Source of the DNA: Gekko japonicus
Taxonomy: Eukaryota
DNA: 64,000 nucleotides
Direction of reading: 5' to 3'
NCBI RefSeq assembly: GCF_001447785.1
Contig: NW_015159714.1
Location: 1,373,594 to 1,437,593, forward strand
Shown one piece after another: positions 23,862 to 35,690 of the stretch. Position numbers and translations under genes: made by a program. The notes beneath the pieces were generated by a model. That model worked only from the letters and a program-made list of their open reading frames with translations. It was not told the DNA's origin and did not search any database. Every line of letters starts with the position of its first letter. Position 1 is the first letter of the stretch.

Positions 23862-24334
23862 TAGTAAACTGTGCCCACATTTATTTTATTTTCAGTGGTG
23901 GTAATGTAATCATTTTAACTGCATGCCATTTTTTAAAAAAAATCAGAAGAGGATTATGTGAGGAAACTACTTTGAGTTGGCATTTTAGTGTGATGCCCAA
24001 TTTGTGAATGCTACGTAGGGTTGCTGGCTCCAGCTTGGGAAATTCCTGGAGATGGGTTTGTAGGGAGAGGAAGATGCTCAGCAAGGGGCATGATGCCACC
24101 AAGTCCGCAATCCAAGGCAGCCCTTTTCTCCAGGGGAACTGATCTTTGTCTGGAGATTAGTTGTAATTCCTGGAGTTCTCCAGGCCCCACTTGGAGGTTG
24201 GCAGGCCTATGTGAAATGTGATTGTGGCTTGCTATGTAAAGATGTGTTGGGATTTCTTGAGGCTAGTTACTGTGCTAGAATTTTGTGAAAATGATTTGGA
24301 CCAATCAACTTTTGGTCTGGAAATTGTTTCATTT

Positions 24335-24583
24335 CAGTTTGGTGTAGTGGTTAAGAGTGCGGACTGGGAGAAACGACTTTGATTCCCCATTCCTCCACAT
24401 GCAGCTGCTGGTGTGACCTTGGGTCAGTCACAAGTTTTTTCAGAGCTGTTCCCTAAAGAGCAGTTCTTGAAGCAGTTCTCTCAACCCCACCTACCTTACA
24501 GGGTGTCTGTTGTGGGGAAGGGAAAGGGGATTGTAAACCCCTCTGAGTGAAGGTCAGGGTATGAATCTAATCTCCTCCTCCTT
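24335..24583 (+). mobile_element. Squam3-like SINE
   Basis: Similarity to the 11573 copy; (CCT)n tail. Confidence 0.85.
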
Positions 24584-25529
24584 CAGGGCTGGTTACAGGT
24601 GGGGGCAGAGTGTCCAGCCCACCCACATCCCCACCTGCCTTGTTTCCTTCCTTCATCTGTTTGTGAGCATTCCTACTGGCCATATGTCCTTTCCCTGACA
24701 GTGCTGGCTGGTGTATGTAGATAATAACACCATCACTGTGCCCATCAGGAGTGTTAACATTGCCCATCACCTGCAGGTCCTTCACTGGCAGCTGCCCCAC
24801 CTCAGCCCTGATATGAATATCTATCTTAACTCTTCCCAGCTTTCTGTAATATCATTTGTGGTGCTTTATGTGTGTTGCTTTTTGTGGTCCTCTTGAAGTC
24901 TTTCCTTTAGCACATGCAGATCTTTAGCAAGAAGGCTACTGAAGAGAGAATGTAAACAGTGAGCCATGAGTGGCAGAACTGTAACCTTTTCTGGAGGACA
25001 TGATCGTGTTATCTGTAATACTACTAGAGGTTTAACCTGCAGTGTTTTATTCCAGTGAGCTGCTCCGTGGTCATTCTTTCATCAGAAGTGCTACCGGGAA
25101 AGGTAGCACATGATAGAATACCATAGTATTTCCTTAAATAAAGTGCAGTGGTCACACATGTAACTTCAGAAGAGATCAGAAGACAATTGCTTCCACTGAG
25201 GCATGAGCAAAATCAGCAGCTCTCTTTACAAACCGTGGAATATTATCCACCCAGGAGCAATAAGAATTTCAAGATGATAAAAGCTAATGACAGCTTTGCC
25301 TGAATATGAGCTGATCAGTTTGATCTGATGCTACACTTAAGGGTCTTGAACTTTTCCAAAAACTTAATCCCCAAGAAATTTTCATTGATATCTGTGAGCA
25401 AAATAACGTTTGCGTGTCAGGAGTGTACTTACTGACAGAGTTGCTATCGAATATTAGTTTTCACTATTAAGCAAAACCTGTCCTAAATTTATCAAAGGCT
25501 TTACAGTTGACTTTCTTTGCTCATTTTAG

Positions 25530-25622
<93 letters not shown>

Positions 25623-25857
25623 TAATAATTAAAGTATGTTTGTCTTTCCTATTAGTGATAGTATAAGAGACATTTTGAAGGAAGGACATATCAGTGATTA
25701 GCTGAGTGTTTTGTTTCACAAAAGAATCTTTCCATATACAAATTACATGGTCTGTCTTCACGGAGCAAATGCTTCTCTCTTTTGTATTCTGAAGCATTAG
25801 GCCTGATCATAGTATGGGGATTCTTTGATACATTTGAAATAGGCAGATGGTATACCG

Positions 25858-26216
25858 CAGGGGTCCCTAGTCTTTTTCAGCCTGTGATCACCTCTGGAAT
25901 TCTGACACAGCAAGGTGGGCACAGCTGCAAAGCGGCTGCCGTAAATGTCTGCCACAAAAGGTGGACCCAGCCGCAAAATGGATGCCACAGTTTACCTTCA
26001 GTGAAGATCCTTGTGCTGTGGTGGTAGTAGCTGCTCCCATAACAACATTTTTATATAAAAAAATCACAGCCAATCAAATATCCAAAGGCCAGTCAGAAGC
26101 CCTGCTAGGTAAAAGCCCCACCTGGCCCCACCCACTTCCTAAAAACACTTGGCAGGTGCCAAGGAAGGTGTTGGTGGGCACCATGGTGTCCACTGGCTTC
26201 ATTTTGGGGTCCCCTG
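25858..26216 (+). mobile_element. hAT-Charlie-like MITE family A
   Basis: Ends caggggtccc / ggggtcccctg; interior similar to the 2816 and 40243 copies. Confidence 0.75.
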
Positions 26217-27689
26217 CTATATCACTTCTTGCAGGTTTTAACGTCTACTGGAAGTGCTGATAATACAGCTCCTTCCGAATGAGATTATTCAACTACAGCT
26301 GAAAGTAAACAGCAATTGGCAGTTTGTTCTACCTTTAAGTCTTGGAAAATATATACAATTGCTAAGCACTAGCATCAGATGTTTAGAAATTAGCATTGCA
26401 TTTGTTACAGTCCAGTCCTGCAGAGGGATGGGAAAATGTCAATATTCTTAGGCACTGAAAGCAATTTTAGTTAAGAATATGGGGACTAGATACTTCAGAT
26501 TTTTCTGTCTGATAGACAGTGTAATGTTTGTGAGCTTTATGATTTCAACTGAGTTTTTGTTTTGTGCAGTATATGATAGAAAAGAGCAAGAGTCCAGTAG
26601 CACCTTAAAGATTGACAAAATACGTGGCATGAGTCACTGCTCACTTCTTCACATATAATATGTGAGTTTTGTTTAAATCAAACCTGGAAAAAATTTCTTC
26701 ATATTTATTGATTGGCTTTATGCTGTCTGAACAAAATCAGCACATTTCTAATGATAAGAAAGGAAAGGAATCAATTTTGAAATAATGGCTTTTTTGCATT
26801 TAAGAATGTACCAGTCTTGTTGGCTGCTGCACTTTAATTAAGTAATTTTCTTGTAATTAGCAACATTTTAATGGCATTGTGGTAGAATCTCTCAAATGCT
26901 GTTAAAATTCCATGGAGATGATTGCTCAATGAACAAAAGCAGCTTTGTGTCATTCGCCAATGTTTTTACAGATGAGATTGGGGTGGGGAATTTTCACTGA
27001 AACACAAATGTATTTCTGTTGTTTTATGCTATATTCTTATGCTTTGAAGTGTCACAGATTAGTCTGCTTATGTACAACCTAATGAAAGAATGGATTGTTC
27101 AAAATCCTTAGAAAATTAGCCATAATTAACAATAACTATGTAAAGCAAGCACAATTGCCATTCCTAGATGTTGAAGACATCTTGAATAAACCTCTTCTAC
27201 CAAAAAGGGGGGGGGGCTTAAATATACTAACAGTGAAATAGTTCATTTATGCAGTAGTAGGGCAGAGCATAATATTACCCTGGTTCTCTGTTTGCCTTAA
27301 AAATAGAAGTTTCTTGGTGGCTGACCCAAACAACTCTTTTGTCTTGCCTTTCTTGTGACTGTCCGCAACTGTTGGTATGACTATTTATCCCTTCTGGGAT
27401 TATTTCATTGCTGTTTCCCCCCTAATATTTCATTCTCCCTCCAGTATTCCCAACTAGTCAGGGGGTCATGCACTGGATTTAATGCCATTCAGATTGGGCT
27501 GTGTTCCGATGGCACTGAGTCCAGTTACAGTGAGGACAGCATTTACTATTTGGGTCACATGGAGGATGCTAGCCAGCCAGGAGTCAAACATTTCTGCAGT
27601 TTCTCACTTCACTTCTCTACCTGCCACCAGTTGCTTAAAGGGGAGCTCCTTTCAATGCAGATAAAGGTTTTCATTCATTGGGGAATCCA

Positions 27690-28850
27690 TTCAGTTCAAA
27701 CCTATAAATTCATCAGGAGGCTACGAGATTAAAAACATATAATTTTTAAAGTATTGAAAACCATTAAAACCAAACAAAAACCCATCATTCAAACAATTAA
27801 AACCAAGTTGGCATACACAAACAATACAATAAACTAGATGTAGGTAAAAGCAATGAGTTAAAAACAGGGTGGGAAGGAGCGATCACTGAGGGAATGCTAA
27901 ATGGAACAAAAAAGTCTTCACCTGTTGGCAGAAGATGGAATCAGAAGGGGACAGGTGAGTGTATTTGGGGAGAGAGTTCTAGAGTTCAGTGCCATGACCA
28001 GGAAGGCCCTTTCCTGGGTTTCAGATGGTGAGGGCATCCAGAACACGGCCTCAGATGGTGATGTAGTGGTTGGTAGGTTCATAAGGGAGTAGGCTTCAGT
28101 TATGCTGTTCCCAAGCCATGTGGGGGTTTAAAAGTCAATACCAGCCTCTTGAATTGTGCCTGAAACCAGATCAGGAGCCAGTACAGATGTAACGAGACTG
28201 TAGTTAAATGGTCCCTATGAACCATACTAATCAACATCCTAGCTGCAGCAATCTATACCAGTTGAAGTTTCCAAACATTTTCTAGGGCGACCTCATGTAG
28301 AGCTCATTACAGTAATGTAATGTAGATGTAACCAGGGCATGTAGCACAGTTGCCAGGTCTTTTCTGTCCAGGAAAGGCTACAGCTGGCTAACCAGTCGAA
28401 ACTGGTAAAAGGCACTGCTGGCCACAGCTACCACCTGCTTATCCAGAAGTAGGCTTGGATTCAAGAGCAACCGCAAACTACAGACTTGTTCCATTAAGGG
28501 AAGTGCAATCCCATCCAGAATAAGTGACACCTTGAGTCCTCTGCTCACCAGTAGCACTTCTGTATTGTCAGGTTTAAGCTTCAGTGTATTAGCCTGCATC
28601 CACCCCAAAACTGCCCCCAGGCACCAGTTTAAGGTTTTGATAGCCTCCCTGGGACAGAAAGAAGTACAAGATAGAGCTGAATGTCACCCACATATCGATG
28701 ACAGACCAGCCCAGATCTCTGGATGACCTGTCTCGTTGGTTTTGTGTAGATATTGATAAGCACGGGGGACAAGATGGAGCTTTGCAAGACCCCAAAGTAG
28801 CTGAGCAGCATTTTTTCAGTATCACGTTCTGAAACCTACCTTCCAGGTAT
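27690..28850 (-). mobile_element. Degenerate L2-like LINE fragment
   Basis: GVLQSSILSPVLINIY, YVGDIQLY (YADDTQLY), WMQANTLKLKPDNTEVL; frameshifts and stops. Confidence 0.8.
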
Positions 28851-29061
28851 TAAAGCAGGGGAAACCCCCCAAGAGCTGAATAGGGGCATATGATACTTAT
28901 CTTACTACAGATGCTAATTTTCTGTTCCTAAGCATTTCTCCTTACTTTAATCAAGCTAATTGCATTTTGCATTGTACCTCTACGCCCTGACTACTTTCTT
29001 TGCAACACCCCTCCCACCTGCAGACTGGGATATAAGGGTTCGGAGATCTCCATTCCTACTT

Positions 29062-29181
29062 GTATCGAAGGAAGGAGTTTTGGCTCTGGAAAGTTCATCT
29101 GCCCCCCAAATCTTGTTGGTCTCTAAGGTGCTACTGGACTGGAATCTAGCTGTTCTGCTGCAGACCAACACAGCTGCCCTC
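29062..29181 (+). mobile_element. Penelope-like terminal remnant
   Basis: gaaggagttttggctctggaaagttcat...cttgttggtctctaaggtgctactggactggaatct; same family as 32660. Confidence 0.55.
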
Positions 29182-29259
29182 AAGCGTGTCACCTGCACCA
29201 TGTGTAGGACCAGTTATTACCTGCGACAGGCCCATGGTCGTCATAGATGCCATGAAGTC

Positions 29260-29302
29260 AAGTCAAGTCAAGTTTATTAATACGGTCAAGCGACCAGCCA
29301 AA
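29260..29302 (-). mobile_element. 43-bp extreme 3'-end LINE insertion
   Basis: Minus strand GGTC-gctt-GACC hairpin, AATAAA and (CTTGA)n tail; 13-bp TSD ATGCCATGAAGTC (29247-59, 29303-15). Confidence 0.8.
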
Positions 29303-30017
29303 ATGCCATGAAGTCTGAGCCACTACTGACAAAATGGTGAAGTCCCCCATGACCACCAAGCTAGGCTTCCTCAACACTACCCTTGATACCACCTCTGTCA
29401 GCTCAGGCAGGGGAGACTTAGATAGCGGGATGGGAGGTACACCTACAGAATCCTGTCTCTCAATCCCAGCCTCAAAACTGAAAGTGTTCTGAATGGGACA
29501 CTGTGTTCGGGGGATAGGCTCTTAATAGGCTACAGAGACACCACCTCCCTGCCTGTCAGACCTGTGCTGATGTATCACCAAGTACCCTGGGGGATGCAGT
29601 TGGGAGAGGCTGATCCCTTCCCCAGCCAAGTTTCAATGATACAGTAATACTAGGTTAAATCTCCAGTGTGAGGAAATATACACGCTATATTTTCTTATGC
29701 TTCTAGTTCTCTTCCAAGGTGCAGGGAGACATATTCCTTGCAGGGAAACTCGTGTCCTGTTGCTGCAAGTAGTATGTGTATCTTCAGGAAGAGGTCAATG
29801 ACCTTTCCTCTCACCACCTTCAGATGATACCCAAATTGTGGAGATGTTTCCTCTTGTTCTGTTTTCTCTGAATCAAACAATGTGGTCTCTAGAACAATGG
29901 CAAGTTAAATACTGGCCTGTTTGTGGCTGCATATAATGTTTACCAATAGAAAGGTTTGAATCTCCATGGCTCTGGTCTGCAATGTACTTAAACATCCATT
30001 TGGCTTCCAATGTTTAA

Positions 30018-30236
<219 letters not shown>

Positions 30237-31305
30237 TAATAGGCAGAGTTCCATCTCTGATCTTTTCTATAAGAAGACAAGTTTATAAGACAAGTTTTGT
30301 TTCGAAGATATAATGTACATCTCCAACTTGGGAGAATTGTGGCATGGGTAGTAGAGGACTGAAGATGAGGGCAGCTAAAATATGCTTGACTTGCTTCAAT
30401 GCTGACCTTCCTGGCTTTAGGTATAGTTCTTATCTATATATAGAAACCAGATTATGGAAGGTATGTGCTTGTCCTGGCATTTTGAGGAGCTAGCATCTAC
30501 TTGGTATGCTGCAGTTATTTCTTTCTGAAGCTGCTGGAGACGTGCAAGGTATTTAGTTAAAACCATATGTGAAGTCAAGTATCTGTTGTGAAAACTGTGA
30601 CTTTATTTAGCTTGGTTCCTAAGGCATTTTTCAAGAGGACCAAAATGTTTTTAACAGATGATAAAGGACAGAAACCTCTCTTAGTGAGCTTTCATGCAGA
30701 TTGTGGTGAGCCTTTCTGAGAAATTCCTTGGAGGGTTACTGTGTACTTTCAGTCCATATAGCCTAGAGTCGTTCCCAGGTTCTTAGAAGTTTTCACTGCT
30801 TGAAAACGTAGAGCCTGCTGTAAATAGGGTTGGCAAGTCCAAATCCGGAAATATCTGAGGACTTTGGGGGTGGAGGCAGGAGACTTTTGTGATGTCACTT
30901 CCGGTGATGTCACTTCCAGGTCAAATGGCAAGTTATGTCACTTCCCCTTTTGATGATGGCACTTTCAGTACACTGCACCAAAACCCCACCTCTTCCTGTG
31001 ATGTCACTTTCCAGGCTCTCCCCCAAACCTGCCTCTCCCTCTGAAGTAACCTTCTTTCAAAAATTAAAATCTAAATTCAGTGTCATATCAATTCCGACCC
31101 CCAGCTTTCCCCTATTTTACAGTACCTCTAGGCTTTTAGGCCTCCTTCCAGTGCAAAAATAACAAAAAGCTTTAAGAAACATAAAATGCTTTAATTTAAA
31201 CATTTAAAAATCAGAAGGAAAAAACAAGCAAACAGCACAATACATTCTGACTAGAATCAATTTACAGAACTGGAGAACAATGCAATGAATGACCTGGTAA
31301 GGTAG

Positions 31306-31806
31306 CATAAGAACATAGAACATAAGAGAAGTCACTGCTTGATCAGGCCAATGGGCCCATCCAGTCCAACACTCTGTCACACAGTGGCCAAAAATACCAG
31401 GTGCTATCAGGAGGTCCAGCAGTGGGGCCAGGACACTAGAAGCTCTCCCACTGCTGCCCCCCCCAAGCACCAAGAATACAGCGCATCACTTGCCCCAACC
31501 CAAGACTTCCTAACTATACCTTGTGGCTAATAGGCACTGATGAACTTCTGCTCCATATGCTTATCTAATTCCCTCTTGAAGCTGTCCATGCTTGTAGCTG
31601 CCGCCACCTCTTGTGGCAGTGAATTCCATGTGTTAGCCACTCTTTGGGTGAAGAATTACTTCCTTTTATCTGTTCTAACCCGACTGCTCAGCAATTTCAT
31701 TGAGTGCTCATGAGTTCTTGTATTGTGAGAAATTGAGAAAAGTACTTCTTTCTCAACCTGCTGTATCCCATGCATAATCTTATAAACCTCAATCATGTCA
31801 CCCCTC
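31306..31806 (-). mobile_element. CR1 LINE 3' end
   Basis: Same 3'UTR and terminal repeat as the 9073 and 44961 copies. Confidence 0.85.
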
Positions 31807-31807
31807 A

Positions 31808-32098
31808 AAAAGAAGAGAAGAAGAAGAGATTGGATTTATACCCCACCCTTCACTACCCAAAGGTGTCTCAGACCGGCTTACAAACTCCTTTCCCTTCCCC
31901 TCCCCACAACAGACACCCTGTGAAATAGGTGGGGCTGAGAGAACTCTGACAGAGACTGCTCTTTTTCAAGAACAGCTGTGCCAGAATTATGGCTTGCCCA
32001 AGGTCATCCAGCCAGGTGCAAGTGGAGGAGTGGGGAATCAAACCCGATTCTCCCAGATTAGAGTCCACGCACTTGACCACTACACCAAACTGGCTCTC
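31808..32098 (-). mobile_element. Squam3-like SINE
   Basis: Reverse complement of the family; (AAG)n at the left end; abuts a CR1 fragment. Confidence 0.85.
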
Positions 32099-32659
32099 AA
32101 CAACAACAAAAAACCCACAGTTTAAGCATGACATAACAGAGTCCTGTCAAAAGTGAAGCCCTTTTCACTGATTTCAGTAGGAAAGATAAGCACACCCTGA
32201 AATATTCCACTGAATTCAATAGGATTCAATGTGCTTTATTCTGACTGAATGAGACTATATGCCCTAGAAAAAGATCACCAGACAACATTCCTTCACACTG
32301 TGCAAAATACACAACAGAAAGGTCTAAGAACTGAAGGCTGAACACTCTGCTAAAATCCTCTACCTAAAACCCTGGAGAACCACTGCCAGTCAGAGTAGAC
32401 AATGCTGATATTGATGGACTGATGGTAGAGAGACTATGCCTTGTATGCCAAAGGGTAAAGGTTTAAACCTAGGAGGTCTAAGAGAACCTCAGGTGTTGGA
32501 AAGGATGTTTCTCTGTCTGTGTCTCTAGAGCTCACCTGTATCAGAGCAGACTATGCTGAAGTAGATGGAGCAATGGCATGAAGACCAGTGTGGACTGAGG
32601 AGACCCATGTTCAGATATACATTTTGCATGATGCTTACTCGGTGATACTGGGACACTTA

Positions 32660-32745
32660 GATTTGAGTCCAGTAGCAGATTAGAGACCAACAAGAGTTTC
32701 AGGGAATAAGCTTCCAAGAGTCAAAGTTCCCTTCATCAGGCTGGG
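32660..32745 (-). mobile_element. Penelope-like terminal remnant with a decayed minimal hammerhead ribozyme
   Basis: Minus strand CTGATGA-AGGGAAC-TTTGA-CTCTT-GGAA-GCTTAT followed by ttgttggtctctaa...gctactggactc; sibling remnants at ~12635, 26585, 29062 and 46325. Confidence 0.6.
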
Positions 32746-35289
32746 TGATATTGCCATTGTTGTGAGGTCAATATAAGGGAAGGGAGACTGGAGGAAGGGT
32801 GGGATAAAGAGGGGATTGACAGATAACATGTGAGCAGCAGAGTCATCCCGCAGAGGTGGCCAGGGGGAACCTGGCAACCCTAACTAGGGCTATTTTAGCA
32901 AAGGAGGGAGGGACAAACTAAAACATCATAAATTATAGCCTGAACATGAACCTATATTGTGATGCATTAAGTGATGTAGCAGTGGTGACAAATCCTCTAG
33001 AGGTATTTAGTTGAATTTCCTGAACAGACAGATGTATTTTGGGTTGCCACTGGCCAAACTGGTCTGACTTTTAGAAAGTTGGGACAAGCAGCAAGGCTTG
33101 AGGAAGGGGATGTAGATCCATGGTTATAGAAAAGAAGGAGCCTAGGACCTGAGAAAGCAAAGCAGTCCAAATGAAGCACGACATAGAAAGCTGTACATAG
33201 NNNNNNNNNNNNNNNNNNNNNNNNNNNNNNNNNNNNNNNNNNNNNNNNNNNNNNNNNNNNNNNNNNNNNNNNNNNNNNNNNNNNNNNNNNNNNNNNNNNN
33301 NCCAGAGGTGGCCAGGGGGAACCTGGCAACTCTAACTAGGGCAATTTTAGCAAGGGAGGGAGGGGAGGGGGGAGAGAAGGAAGGGGGGAAAGCTGGAAAA
33401 AACCCTAAAAGGAGAGAGAAGTGAAAGACAGAAAAGAGGGAAGGAAAGAAAGTCAGGCTGCAAGAGAAGCAGCCTGGAGTGGGGTGGAGCAGCTCCCCAG
33501 CCTCTCCTTGTTTCCAGCTCTCACAAACCTCAACAGAAAGGGAGAAACAGAAAGAGAGAGAGGGACAGGGAGTGCAGCCCCCCCCCCACTACAGGAGAAA
33601 GCAGTCCACTGATTTTCTGTATCCTGGAGCAATGTGCTCCGTGCAGCACAAGAGTTCCTGGGGCTCGCTTTCTCCTGGGTGGCTGCAGCCCTGGCTCCCT
33701 TTCACCCCACCTCACTTGAAATAAGCCCCTGCTCCTTACACCCCCACCAACTTACCCTGAAGCCTCCCTTTCGCTCTTTCCTGGTTTTAGGTGGGGGGAG
33801 GGGCAAAACGGAGCTCTGAAATGACTGCCTGCACTTTTAAAACAAGCAGCTGGCAGATGGACCTTGGGGGGGGGATGGAAGGAAAAACAAAGACGACCAT
33901 GAGACAGAGCCCTGGCCAGCCCAAACCTTACCTTCCAGGACCCTCAACTCTTCTGGGCTCTGAGCTCTTCTCTGCTCAGGCTGCTCCTGCTGCAAACAAC
34001 AGGGGCGGGACTCACCAGCGCACACTAGAGGGAAGTGGAACTGACGCTCTAGCCCTCGTCTCTATGGCTTTCATAGCCATAGAGACTTGGAGGACTAAAA
34101 TGCTAGAGTGTCACTTCTGGTCGCCATCCCCCCCCCCCGATGCTGGATTTCAAAAAAGTGGGTAAGGGGGTCGAAAATCAGGGGTTCCCCCGCCCCTAGC
34201 AGGGGCTTGGCAAACCTAGCTGTAAAGGTCATTGCCGAAGACAGTTTCTGTACTTTTTTAATTGTTAAGGAAATAGTTTGATTTATGAAATGGAAAGCAG
34301 TTAATGTGACATCACATTCCACTGCCAGCTGTATTAGAATTTGTCCATTTGTTATAATTATTGTAAAAGTGGGAAAGTTAGGGAAGCCTATTGTTCAAAA
34401 AAGATAAGTGCTGATTTTGTTGCCAAAGATAGCAAGGAACAGCCAGTTTCTCCAAGTAATGGAATTCCTTTGCTCTTATGTTTTGCAAATGAGCAATAAA
34501 CAGCTGTTAAGGATTTTCTGTTGGCTAAGGACAGCAAGTATTTGCTATTTTCTGCGTTGGTACAGTACATTGCATTCACAGTTTTTCATAAGCATAGAAA
34601 ATATTAAGTACAACAGTTTGTGCTAGAAAGGACTTCTAATGATACAAATATGTAGCTGGAGTAGATTAAAAGACTGTTTCGGCTGCTTTACAGGTTTGCA
34701 GATTTATGAAGCAAAACGTCTGCAAAAAGATCTAATTAGAAGGCATTCATGCATTCTCTCCTGTGTAAACTATATGGAACTGTAAGATTTGTAATAGTTT
34801 TAAGATACCTTCCTTCTTCTGAAACACTGGAGTACAAGACTGCTGAGAGGGAAACTTACATGAGTCTTGGTCACCCTGCGTACACTCACCCAAGGAAGTG
34901 GGTAAGACCCTGTGGTGTGTGGCTATACATTTAGACTTTACTGTGGGTGAGGGAAGGTGGGGAGTGTGACCTTGGTCCATTCAGCAATAGGAAAAGTTCT
35001 TGTGCAAGCCATGGCACACTACCTGCCAAGAGGACACATTAAGGCAGAAATGCTGTGCCAAACAAAGCATCCCTGGCTCATACCTGTGTAGTCTTTGTAA
35101 ACAGGGTAGACAGGATCTTGCAGTGCTTTAAAAATGTGTTCACCTCCTTGGCCAAGGATTACGGTGGAACAAAATCAATCAATATGTCCATCAAAAGTGG
35201 TGATGATTTTGTTATATGAACATAGGCTCTCTTGTAAGTGGTCTCACTTCACCCATGTTATCTCCAAAGTGATTTCTGACAATTATTTT

Positions 35290-35690
35290 TTTAATTAGAT
35301 TTGTATCCCATCCTCCCCGTGTAGTAGGGTCAGGGCAGGTTCCATCAATTACCATATACAAAAGCTTTGAAACAACTAGAATACATCAGATAAAAATACA
35401 ACAATATTGCTATATGGTAATCAGTGCTTCAACATATGAGGTTTTTCAGATTGGGGTTCCTAGATGGTAAACATAGATCTGACCTGCTGAAAGGGAGGCC
35501 CAATAGAGGGGGGATGCCTGCCACCTCTACTAAAAGCCTGGTGGAAGAGCTCCATCTTGCAGGCCCTGTGGAACCGTAAAAGGTCCCGCAGGGCCCTGAT
35601 TTTATATGGGAGTTCATTCCACCAGTTAGGTGCCGGGGATGAAAAGGCCCTGGCCCTAGTCGAGGCAAGATGGATGTCCTTAAGTGCAAC
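35290..35690 (-). mobile_element. L2-like LINE 3' end
   Basis: RAFSSPAPNWWNELP...FHRACKMELF, a typical L2 ORF2 terminus, followed by 3'UTR. Confidence 0.75.
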
